This document shows positions 28,548 through 36,163 of a stretch of 42,284 nucleotides of DNA, piece after piece; positions within the stretch are counted from its first letter, which is position 1, and each line of letters starts with the position of its first letter. The notes under the pieces were generated by a model that saw only the letters and a list, made by a program, of their open reading frames with translations, was not told where the DNA came from and did no database searches. Source of the stretch: Candidatus Stahliibacteriota bacterium CG08_land_8_20_14_0_20_40_26 (GTDB lineage Bacteria; Hydrothermota; UBA3073); NCBI GenBank assembly GCA_002774315.1, contig PEYP01000026.1:1-42284 (forward strand). Direction: 5' to 3'. A program made the position numbers and the translations under genes.

Positions 28548-29342
28548 ATGGTAGAAGATAGATCTAATGATATTGAAAGTATAAGAAAGAGGTGGGACGA
28601 GCATGTTAATAGATACGATGAGTGGTATAAGACTTTTGAAGGTGCCGTTGAACACCATGTGGAGTGGGAGCTGCTAAAAGGATATCTCCCAAAAAACAGA
28701 GATGCAAAGATCTTAGATGCTGCTGGCGGTACTGGTAGGATAACACTCCCTTTGGCGAAGATGGGATACTCAGTTACTCTATGTGATATCTCTCCCGGGA
28801 TGCTAAATGTGGCAAGGCAAAAATTGCTTAGAGAGGGGGTCTTAGATAAAGTAGAGATCTTGGAGTGCGATGTTTGCAAACTTCATTTTGCCGACGAGAG
28901 TTTCGATTTTGTTCTCTGCTGGGATGGGATGATCGAAGCCGCAAAAGAGCTCATACGAGTGACAAAGAAGGGAAGAAGGCTTTCAATATTTCTAATGAAT
29001 AAATGCAGTGATGCCATTAGTAAGTTTCGCGACGACCCCGATTCTGCTCTTGCTCTACTTAGATCAAAATCGAATTATGTCTACCATGATGAAGGGAAAC
29101 ACATGGCTGTTAGCGTGGAAGAGGCAAGGGAGCTCTTTGAGAAGGAAGGAATCAAGGTTATCGAGATCTACGCCGTTTGCGGTATGCTGGAATTGCTCTC
29201 TATCCCAGAAAAAACTCGAGAATCTTGCAATTGGGATGAAAAATCCTTCAGGCAGGTGACTGAGATGCTATTAAGATTGAGTAAAGAGCCTTCGGTTAAA
29301 GGATTGCCAAGACACCTGGTTTTATATGGAGAGAGAATTTAG
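28548..29342 (+). CDS. class I SAM-dependent methyltransferase
   Basis: SAM motif I is present as ILDAAGGTGRITLPLA. The RBS is GAGGAGG. Confidence 0.8.
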   Translation: MVEDRSNDIESIRKRWDEHVNRYDEWYKTFEGAVEHHVEWELLKGYLPKNRDAKILDAAGGTGRITLPLAKMGYSVTLCDISPGMLNVARQKLLREGVLDKVEILECDVCKLHFADESFDFVLCWDGMIEAAKELIRVTKKGRRLSIFLMNKCSDAISKFRDDPDSALALLRSKSNYVYHDEGKHMAVSVEEARELFEKEGIKVIEIYAVCGMLELLSIPEKTRESCNWDEKSFRQVTEMLLRLSKEPSVKGLPRHLVLYGERI

Positions 29343-29401
29343 GAGGAGAAATGTTGGGCGACAAGAACAGAAAATATTGATGCCCAGAGTTAATCAGCCA
29401 T

Positions 29402-29480
29402 CTTCGCCTAACACATAGGTCAGGCGATTGTCCCCGCCAGAGGCGGAGCTTCGTAAACCCGCGTACCGTTACACGCTATT
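29402..29480 (+). repeat. attC-like element
   Basis: It starts with TTCGCCTAACACATAGGTCAGGCGATTGTCCCC and has a central CCGCC-AGA-GGCGG hairpin. The 3' box is GCGTACCGTTACAC. GCCTAAC is at 29406 and GTTACAC at 29468, 69 bp overall. Confidence 0.45.
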
Positions 29481-29518
29481 GCAAAATTTAGTAGGGACAA
29501 TAAAGGTGGTGGATAGAC

Positions 29519-30349
29519 ATGAAAATTAAGAACCTCAACGACAAGAATCTAAAAGATATAGTAGAACCCTGTGTTTGCGAAGAATGGGTTAAAAAGTTTG
29601 CAAAGAACAACGATGTAAATCTTGAAAGAGTTAAAGGAGGTTTCTCTAAGGGCGCAGAATTAAGAATCGATTGGATAAAGAAAAGGTTACCTTTAGGTTA
29701 TAGAGCAAAGATTGCGTATGAGGAAGAGAAGCCGGTTGGATTTATTGATTACTTACCCATAGAAATAGCACAAGACCCTATCTTGGGATATGATATTACT
29801 GTGATTAATTGCATACTTATTATTCCAGGTGATAGTTATAGAAGCAAAGGCTATGGAAGGATTTTACTTGAATTGGCCGAGGCTGATGCAGAAAAGATGA
29901 GCAGAGGAATTGCGGTTGTAGCTCATAACCATCCAAGATGGATGCCCGCTTCATTCTTTACAAAGATGGGTTACAACATAGTTGATGAGCAAAACGGTAA
30001 GATTAAAGAAATACTTATGCTAAAGACATTTCAGTCGGTTGAATCGCCTATGTTTGTAGAATCAGCAAATACACATAACCAAAAGTCGGTATCTGATAAA
30101 GTAATAGTAGAAATATTTTGTAGTGGAGCCTGTCCACATAATCTAATGAGTGTTGAATTGTTAAAAGAATCGCTAATTGAATTCGGAGATAAGGTAATTA
30201 TAAAAGAAGTGATAACCAACGATTTGGCATCGGATGTGCGCAGGAAATATGGACACAGTTACGGTGTCTATATAAACGGCAAGCCTAACTTCTGGTTATT
30301 AGGGGCTTCAAAAGATGAAATTCGTCAAGAAATAGAGAACAATTTATGA
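29519..30349 (+). CDS. GNAT N-acetyltransferase fused to a thioredoxin-like (CxxC) domain
   Basis: The GNAT motif A region reads YRSKGYGRILLELAE. The C-terminal ~80 aa (VEIFCSGACPHN...YGVYINGKP) resemble small Thioredoxin_3-type proteins. Confidence 0.6.
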   Translation: MKIKNLNDKNLKDIVEPCVCEEWVKKFAKNNDVNLERVKGGFSKGAELRIDWIKKRLPLGYRAKIAYEEEKPVGFIDYLPIEIAQDPILGYDITVINCILIIPGDSYRSKGYGRILLELAEADAEKMSRGIAVVAHNHPRWMPASFFTKMGYNIVDEQNGKIKEILMLKTFQSVESPMFVESANTHNQKSVSDKVIVEIFCSGACPHNLMSVELLKESLIEFGDKVIIKEVITNDLASDVRRKYGHSYGVYINGKPNFWLLGASKDEIRQEIENNL

Positions 30350-30376
30350 AGAAAGGCGGGAATTGAGGGGTATGCT

Positions 30377-31102
30377 ATGGCAAAGAGAAGAGAATTTCGT
30401 AAAGAAGGACCTGCGAAGGTGAAAACTTTAGATTTGAAGCTGATAGATTCTTTAGAGAAGAAATACGGTCCTCTTTGGGAGACTATATGGCCAGAGGAAT
30501 ATTCTTTCAAAGAGCCATTCAAAAAGTTGATAATTACAGTTCTTTCTCAAAACACAAGTGAAGCCAATTGCATTCGAGCCTATAATGGTTTACGAGCGAG
30601 ATTCAATATCACACCACAGGTTCTTGCAGAGGCAAAGCAAGATGAGATTAAAGAAGCTATTAGAAGTGGCGGGCTCTATAATGTGAAGGCAAAGAGGATT
30701 AAGGAACTGTCTAAAGCCGTTTTAGAAAAATTCAGGGGTGACTTATCAACCGTCCTTAATTTTCCCAAGGAAGAAGCGAAAAAGAGGTTAATGGAGCTAC
30801 CGGGGATAGGAGATAAAACAGCTGATGTGCTTCTAACCAGCCGCTACTCCTATCAGAGGGTGATACCCATTGATACACATTTTGAAAGAGTTACAAAGCG
30901 AATAGGTTTAGTTGCACGAGATGCTGATTACAATGCGGTGCAGAAAGCTTTGATGCATTTTTTACCTGAGGAGAGGCGAGCTAGACTCTCTGGTTTAATG
31001 TGGCTACTTGCCAAAAACACATGTCGAGCAAAGAATCCAAAATGTTACGAATGTCCACTCGCTTCTCTATGTGAATATAAAATCAAGAAGGAGGTATCAT
31101 AA
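30377..31102 (+). CDS. endonuclease III-like HhH-GPD DNA glycosylase with a 4Fe-4S cluster loop
   Basis: The HhH motif is LPGIGDKTADVLL. The C-terminal cysteine cluster is CRAKNPKCYECPLASLC. Confidence 0.8.
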   Translation: MAKRREFRKEGPAKVKTLDLKLIDSLEKKYGPLWETIWPEEYSFKEPFKKLIITVLSQNTSEANCIRAYNGLRARFNITPQVLAEAKQDEIKEAIRSGGLYNVKAKRIKELSKAVLEKFRGDLSTVLNFPKEEAKKRLMELPGIGDKTADVLLTSRYSYQRVIPIDTHFERVTKRIGLVARDADYNAVQKALMHFLPEERRARLSGLMWLLAKNTCRAKNPKCYECPLASLCEYKIKKEVS

Positions 31103-31335
31103 TGGCAAATCCGTTTAATTGGGTAGAAATAAGGACGAGGGATTTAGAGAGAGCAAAGAAGTTCTATGAGGCTCTGTTTGGCTGGAAGATAAGCGGGAAG
31201 GAGAATAAGGATTTCGCCTACTGGCTTATTGATACGGGCGCCAAACCAGGTGGTGGTATGTGGCGAATGCCCGAGGGTAAGCCGCTCGGTGTTTTTTTAC
31301 TTGACAGACACCATTTTTTGTATTATAATGTATAG
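31102..31335 (+). pseudogene. VOC/glyoxalase-family gene truncated after about 63 codons
   Basis: The N-terminus FNWVEIRTRDLERAKKFYEALFGWK...GGGMWRMPEGKPLGV is typical of ~120-aa VOC proteins. From about 31290 the sequence switches to a T-run plus a consensus promoter, and the reading frame ends in junk (FLLDRHHFLYYNV). Confidence 0.65.
31301..31329 (+). promoter_or_regulatory. sigma70-type promoter of the hicBA module
   Basis: TTGACA, 17 nt, TATAAT. It lies inside the junk 3' end of the truncated VOC ORF. Confidence 0.6.
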
Positions 31336-31475
31336 CAGATTTGGAGAAAGCATAGCTCTTTGTAAAATTCAATCATAACTTACTTGTTTGAAAAATCTTA
31401 CCACAGTCAAGTGAGCTATTCCTATGGTGAAGTTTTAAAAAGAATAGAGACCAATAATTTATACAAGGGAGGGGT

Positions 31476-31691
31476 ATGTTAAGCAACTATACAGCCATTA
31501 TTGTAAAAAGCGAAGACTGGTATGCAGGATTTATCAAGGAATTACCTGGAGCTCATTCACAAGGCAGAACGATAGAAGAGGTCAGGGAAAACTTAAAAGA
31601 GGCAATAAAGATGGTTATTGAGTCGAACTACAGACACTCTATTGAGGGATATGAAAAAGTTATTGAGGAAAAAATGACTGTGAATATATGA
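31476..31691 (+). CDS. hicB: HicB-family antitoxin
   Basis: YTAIIVKSEDWYAGFIKELPGAHSQGRTIEEVRENLKEAI matches the HicB N-terminal fold pattern. It overlaps hicA by 4 nt (ATGA). Confidence 0.8.
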   Translation: MLSNYTAIIVKSEDWYAGFIKELPGAHSQGRTIEEVRENLKEAIKMVIESNYRHSIEGYEKVIEEKMTVNI

Positions 31692-31882
31692 AGAGAAAGG
31701 ACTTTTTAAGGCATCTAATAAGCAATGGATGTGAGCTTGAACGCAAAGGGAAAAAGCACACATTATTTTACAATCCTGTGACCAGCAAATCTGCGACTGT
31801 TCCCAGACATAAAGAACTCAATACTTTCACTGCAAAAGCAATATGTAAGGATTTAGGTATCCCAATTATAAAAACCCGATAG
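31688..31882 (+). CDS. hicA: HicA-family mRNA interferase toxin
   Basis: KRKDFLRHLISNGCELERKGKKHTLFYNP...VPRHKELNTFTAKAICKDLGIP is a typical HicA sequence. Confidence 0.8.
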   Translation: MKRKDFLRHLISNGCELERKGKKHTLFYNPVTSKSATVPRHKELNTFTAKAICKDLGIPIIKTR

Positions 31883-31891
31883 TAAATTTTT

Positions 31892-32063
31892 TAACTGTAA
31901 TTCAGACAGTAATAATGATAGAGTAAGGTTTTATAAGTCGAAGAATTATTAATGAGGCAAATCTACCTGTCGGTAGACAGGTATCAGCAAGTTAGTAAGA
32001 CAAATTTTTTGATTATAAGGTAATTAAGAGACTAACATTGAAGATGGTCTAAAATTACAGTTA
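31892..32063. repeat. about 170-bp element bounded by 11-16-bp inverted repeats
   Basis: TAACTGTAATT (31892-31902) pairs with AATTACAGTTA (32053-32063), and the pairing extends with one bulge. A TACCTGTCGGTAGACAGGTA palindrome lies inside it (31964-31983). Confidence 0.4.
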
Positions 32064-32070
32064 GTTTCTC

Positions 32071-32099
32071 TTGACTTATTATTGTTTCGATTCTAAAAC
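32071..32099 (+). promoter_or_regulatory. weaker promoter-like element
   Basis: TTGACT, 17 nt, TAAAAC. The -10 is imperfect. Confidence 0.3.
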
Positions 32100-32124
32100 T
32101 AAATAATCAAAAGGGAGTAAGAAT

Positions 32125-32250
32125 ATGTTTTCTTCTTTCTCTATATTTTGGTGGTTTCCGGATTTCAAGCAAAATGGATATCTAAATAACATTCTTAACA
32201 ACTTATTATCCCTCGAGTGTGGCCCACATTTTGAGGGATTTTTTATTTAA
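32125..32250 (+). CDS. possible 41-aa small ORF (speculative)
   Basis: The ATG is preceded by AAGGGAG at good spacing. The ORF ends inside a hairpin (CCCTC...GAGGG) followed by a T-run. A TTGACT-N17-TAAAAC element lies upstream. There is no recognisable similarity. Confidence 0.2.
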   Translation: MFSSFSIFWWFPDFKQNGYLNNILNNLLSLECGPHFEGFFI

Positions 32251-32504
32251 AATTCAGCCTCTCTACTGATAGGTAGAAAGGTATGTAATGAAGTGAAAAG
32301 GCAACCAAGTTCCAGGCCTTTACACCTATCTGCCGACAGGTAGATAACACATAAGGTAGAGAAAGGGTAAAGATTCTTTACCACACAACCCATGCAAAAA
32401 TCCTGGGCAAGATGCCAAAAATTGAGCACTGAAGCCAAAACCGATAGGAAGACCAAAGAAGAATAAATAAATGATCGCTGTCCCTATTTTTAATGGAGGG
32501 AAAT

Positions 32505-34229
32505 ATGAAGAAATTTGTAGTTATTGGAGCGATAGCTGCTCTGGCTGGCCTATGTTACGGAGCAACCTGGGAAAGAACTTATCCTCAGTTGGGTCATACC
32601 CAGGATTGGTCTGATCGAGCAAGTATAATTAGTATGAAATATTGGGGGCTAGCGGTTAGCGATCCCTACTTTTACAAAGATTTAGTTATTGACCCTTACA
32701 AAGAGGTAAAGGAAGGCGAAGAACAATATTTTTCAGTCTGGGTAGCGGATTCAGATCCAGAAGGAGAAATAGAAACAGTAACAGTATCGATTGAAACAGA
32801 TAAAGGTAGGATTGTATTCGACCTTGAATTAGTAGAGGGAACAAAAAAGGACGGCCGGTGGATGGGTTCTTGGACAGTGAAAAATATTTCAAGTCAAGCT
32901 TACTATTTTACCCAGGTTTGTTATAGAACTAACAGAGGTCAAATGCAAGCAAGGAATCTTTTTTTGTGTCCTTCCTTACAAATGCTACCCTTAAATCCTG
33001 AGTGGATGTACTTCGGCCAAGAGAATTCTTCTCTACCCTCTCCTACAATCTCATCTCTTATTGTTGACCCGGAACAAAATATATGGATCGGAACCTGGGA
33101 GAGTGGTTTAGCAAAATTCGATGGAGTCAATTTTATAGTGTATAACACAGATAACTCTGAACTACCAAATAATGCAGTTAGGGCTCTGGCTGTTGATACG
33201 AAAGGCAACATCTGGATCGCGACCCCAGAGGGATTAGCAAAGTTTGACGGAGAAAATTGGACAATCTATACTCCAGAAAATTCCGGAGTTCCCCTCGCTA
33301 TCAATGCCATTGCTATTGATGCTCAAGATAATTTGTGGCTTGGAATACCAAGATGTGGGATTGATGACAGGGAATTTTTAAAGTTTAACGGAGTTAACTG
33401 TGAGATAATAGAAAATCGTGTGCTGGTAAGCAATATTGTCAGAAGTATTGTTATTGATAGCAGTGGAAACAAATGGATCGGGCAAAATAATGGTATGAGT
33501 GGAGGCTTATCAGTCTATCGCCAAGGAGGAGTGATTCTTCCTGTTATGGTCACATTACTCTCACCTTCTGATAATAGTTATTTAAACGATGACATAGTCA
33601 ACTTCATCTGGAACGCTAATAAGCCGGGTAGCGTTGACCATTATATTCTCCACTATGCTCTGAACAGTGGCTTTTCACAGGGACTGGTTGAAACTACTTC
33701 AGTTGATACTACATTTACGACTACACTCGCTGATACAACTTATTACTGGAGAGTGAAGGCAGTGGATAGGGCAGAAAATCAAAGTGATTGGTCATCAGTA
33801 TGGTACTTTGAGATAGACACACACTCACCTGGTACTCCTGCCCTTATTTCACCACCAGATAGTAGTTGGCTCAACGATAATGCGATTGCTTTTGAGTGGA
33901 GTGAGGTAGCAAAGGGAACAGTAGGCAGTAAGCAGTGTGGAGTAGGCAGTAATGTAGGGCAAGGCTTAAGCCTTGCGTCAAGTGAGCATAATACAGGCTC
34001 AAAGTCTTCTCCCATTCATTATATCCTTCAGGTGGATACGACCTTAAACTTCAATACACCAATTACTGATACAACGAATGTAACTTACGATACACTCACT
34101 CTGGATGAATATCTCTATTACTGGAGAGTTAGAGCCTATGACGAGGCAGGAAACGAGGGCGAGTTCTCTCAAGTTTCCTGTTTTGTGGTTGACACTACCA
34201 CAAGATATAATAGGAGGAGAAATGGATAA
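32505..34229 (+). CDS. secreted protein with two-component-regulator-propeller-like repeats and Ig/Fn3-like repeats; C-terminus appears disrupted
   Basis: It has a signal peptide (MKKFVVIGAIAALAGLCYG). It has Reg_prop-like repeats (NIWIGTWESGLAKFDG, NIWIATPEGLAKFDGENW). It has two YYWRV(K/R)A...D-containing beta-sandwich repeats. The ATG at 32505 follows GGAGGGA. Confidence 0.7.
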   Translation: MKKFVVIGAIAALAGLCYGATWERTYPQLGHTQDWSDRASIISMKYWGLAVSDPYFYKDLVIDPYKEVKEGEEQYFSVWVADSDPEGEIETVTVSIETDKGRIVFDLELVEGTKKDGRWMGSWTVKNISSQAYYFTQVCYRTNRGQMQARNLFLCPSLQMLPLNPEWMYFGQENSSLPSPTISSLIVDPEQNIWIGTWESGLAKFDGVNFIVYNTDNSELPNNAVRALAVDTKGNIWIATPEGLAKFDGENWTIYTPENSGVPLAINAIAIDAQDNLWLGIPRCGIDDREFLKFNGVNCEIIENRVLVSNIVRSIVIDSSGNKWIGQNNGMSGGLSVYRQGGVILPVMVTLLSPSDNSYLNDDIVNFIWNANKPGSVDHYILHYALNSGFSQGLVETTSVDTTFTTTLADTTYYWRVKAVDRAENQSDWSSVWYFEIDTHSPGTPALISPPDSSWLNDNAIAFEWSEVAKGTVGSKQCGVGSNVGQGLSLASSEHNTGSKSSPIHYILQVDTTLNFNTPITDTTNVTYDTLTLDEYLYYWRVRAYDEAGNEGEFSQVSCFVVDTTTRYNRRRNG

Positions 34230-34413
34230 ATTAAAATGTGATAAGTGCGGTAGAGAGTTCCTTTTTGGCGAAAAGATGCGAATCTGCGACAAATGTGGTG
34301 CCAGATTATGCATATCTTGCTCAGGTGGTGGGGGCTATGGAGACTACAAGACTGTATGCCCGATATGTCACCAGTCTGCGACTATGAGAGAGCAAGAGTA
34401 TAAAGGTTGGTAA
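34222..34413 (+). CDS. 63-aa double zinc-ribbon protein
   Basis: MDKLKCDKCG...CDKCGARLCISC...CPICH. The ATG at 34222 is preceded by AGGAGG and overlaps the upstream stop (ATGGATAA). The longer ORF-track form starting at 34105 is an out-of-frame overlap. Confidence 0.6.
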   Translation: MDKLKCDKCGREFLFGEKMRICDKCGARLCISCSGGGGYGDYKTVCPICHQSATMREQEYKGW

Positions 34414-34553
34414 AATCAATCTGCAAAGCTACCAAAGCTACGGGTTACCACAAAATCAGGATAAACTCGGGAAGTCTCTCGTCTGGCATCTATTTTTTGA
34501 GATTTGAGGTTGAAGGATACAATGCAACCAGGAAACCATTGATAATTAGATAG
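34404..34553 (+). pseudogene. orphan remnant of a T9SS/FlgD-Ig-type C-terminal sorting domain
   Basis: My own translation of this frame gives ...GYHKIRINSGSLSSGIYFLRFEVEGYNATRKPLIIR*. This is the characteristic SGIYF(L/V)R...K..(L/I) tail of T9SS cargo. It has no start codon and no upstream body. Confidence 0.55.
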
Positions 34554-34851
34554 TGTTCTAACATCCCTTTTATAATACCTTGAAATCACTGAAGGAACAA
34601 CGAGACCAAACGATAATAGTTCTATCCATAGGAATAACTATAGGTCAGTTAAAGATCGCTTTGAGAAGAGGCTTAAAATTGGTGAAGGTGTCAAATTTAT
34701 TCTGTGCCAGGGATGTATATCCAACATTATCAGATATAAACGAGTTAGCCGAAGCCGATCATATCTGGGGTTTTATTGTGGGTGGGATAAGATCGCTGGA
34801 TATGTTCGGGAAAAAAACCTGCAATCACCACCCGCAAAAAAGGAGGAAAGC

Positions 34852-35568
34852 GTGAAGGGTAAAGTTGCAGTGACTATTGTGGCTTTGGTAGTTTTGGCGT
34901 TTATCGCTCCTACATTAGCTTACAGTAACGAAGGAGCGGTAAAAGGCGGTGGTGGAGGCGGTTTCATGTTCGGGATGAACAGGCTTAATTTGGCAGAACT
35001 CAGCACGAAGTTGGAAGCCAAAGGGTTTGAAGCTCTGGAGAAGAACAACATTTCTTTCGGTGGTGGAGGCTATGGAATAATCGGTGAGAAGATTCTACTC
35101 GGTGGTGAAGGACATGGTTCTCAACAAGCCATTTTTAGCGATACCTTGAAAGCCTCGGTTAGTGCTGGCTATGGATTTTTCGATGTAGGCTATGTGCTTT
35201 TGTCGAAGAAGAGTTTTAGGCTCTTTCCGATAGTTGGATTAGGAGGTGGTGGCATTGACTTGAGAATCTTAGAAAGGGGTGTTACACCTACCTTTGATGA
35301 GATATTAGACAATCCTGGTAGGGAAGCGAACATCTCGACAGGTAGTATCTTACTTCAATTTGGAGCAGGCCTGGATTATTTTTTGAAACTTGGTGAAGAT
35401 GAAAAAGGGGAAGGTGGATTACTTTTTGGCATTCGAGCAGGATACACTTATGCCCCCACCCAGGCGGACTGGAAAATGGGAGATATGGATGTTTTGGGCG
35501 GTCCTGATATTGGAGTTACGGGTCCTTATATCCATTTAATCTTTGGCGGTGCAGGGTTTGGAAAGTAA
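34852..35568 (+). CDS. secreted Gly-rich, beta-barrel-like hypothetical protein
   Basis: The GTG start follows AAGGAGG. It has a signal peptide (VALVVLAFIAPTLAYS) and alternating beta-strand-like segments with GGGG turns. Confidence 0.55.
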   Translation: MKGKVAVTIVALVVLAFIAPTLAYSNEGAVKGGGGGGFMFGMNRLNLAELSTKLEAKGFEALEKNNISFGGGGYGIIGEKILLGGEGHGSQQAIFSDTLKASVSAGYGFFDVGYVLLSKKSFRLFPIVGLGGGGIDLRILERGVTPTFDEILDNPGREANISTGSILLQFGAGLDYFLKLGEDEKGEGGLLFGIRAGYTYAPTQADWKMGDMDVLGGPDIGVTGPYIHLIFGGAGFGK

Positions 35569-35607
35569 AGAATGCTTTAGCTTGAGATAGCGGGGGAAAG
35601 TCCGCCG

Positions 35608-35779
35608 CTTCGCCTAACACATATCTACCTATCGGTAGACAGGTTAAAAGCGATTTGTCCCTCTCTACCTGTCGCCTGCCTACCGTCAGGCAGGGTAGAC
35701 AGGCAGAGAAAATAAATGTTCTATCTGTGACCTCTGTGGTTGATGTCTTACATAACAAAAGAAGCAGAGGGGGTTAAGT
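35608..35779 (+). repeat. attC-like element with two nested palindrome insertions
   Basis: It starts with TTCGCCTAACACAT, interrupted by an insertion at 35625-35644. This is followed by TAAAAGCGATTTGTCCC and a second insertion at 35665-35703. GTTAAGT at 35773 lies directly before the next start codon. Confidence 0.35.
35665..35703. repeat. compound REP-like palindrome
   Basis: CTACCTGTCGCCTGCCTACCGTCAGGCAGGGTAGACAGG. Confidence 0.75.
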
Positions 35780-36130
35780 ATGGCCAAAGGGAACCAGATG
35801 ATTGCAGTTTGTGGATTGGACTGCAATGGATGTGATATCCTTCAGGCACCAAACAATCCTGAAATAGCACAGCAAATTGTAGACTGGTTTAAAAAAGAAA
35901 GAGATACCGAGGTAAAGATCAAGGACATCCGTTGCTCTGGTTGTAAGGGTGACAGAACAAAACACTGGTCTCCAGACTGTTGGATATTCAAATGTTGTGT
36001 TGATAAGAAGAGGTTAGAATTTTGCTGTGAATGTGTTGATTTTCCATGCGAGAAATTTAACGAGTGGGCTAAAGGAAGCAAGAAATATGGGGAAGCTCTA
36101 AACCGACTCAAGGGGATGAGGAAGAAATAA
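35780..36130 (+). CDS. DUF3795-like cysteine-rich protein
   Basis: CGLDCNGCD at the N-terminus and further cysteine clusters (CSGCKG, CWIFKCC, CCECVDFPC) match the DUF3795 pattern. The RBS is GAGGGGG. Confidence 0.65.
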   Translation: MAKGNQMIAVCGLDCNGCDILQAPNNPEIAQQIVDWFKKERDTEVKIKDIRCSGCKGDRTKHWSPDCWIFKCCVDKKRLEFCCECVDFPCEKFNEWAKGSKKYGEALNRLKGMRKK

Positions 36131-36163
36131 GGCAGGCGACGCACCTAAAGAAAGGGAGCAATT

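Noticed and set aside
34580-34855. 91-aa ORF with a TTG start upstream of the Gly-rich secreted protein
   Set aside because: It has a non-ATG start without an RBS and no recognisable motif, and it overlaps the RBS and start of the next gene. The region may instead hold a weak TTCTAAC(34554)...GTTAGCC(34744) attC-like pair, but at 197 bp without clear stems I did not call that either.
35590-35612. GGGGAAAGTCCGCC, reminiscent of the RNase P RNA P4 strand (GAGGAAAGUCCGGGC)
   Set aside because: No other RNase P conserved regions (P4 3' strand, ACAGAAA, GGUAA loops) follow. The motif sits immediately before the GCCTAAC repeat, so it is most likely coincidental.
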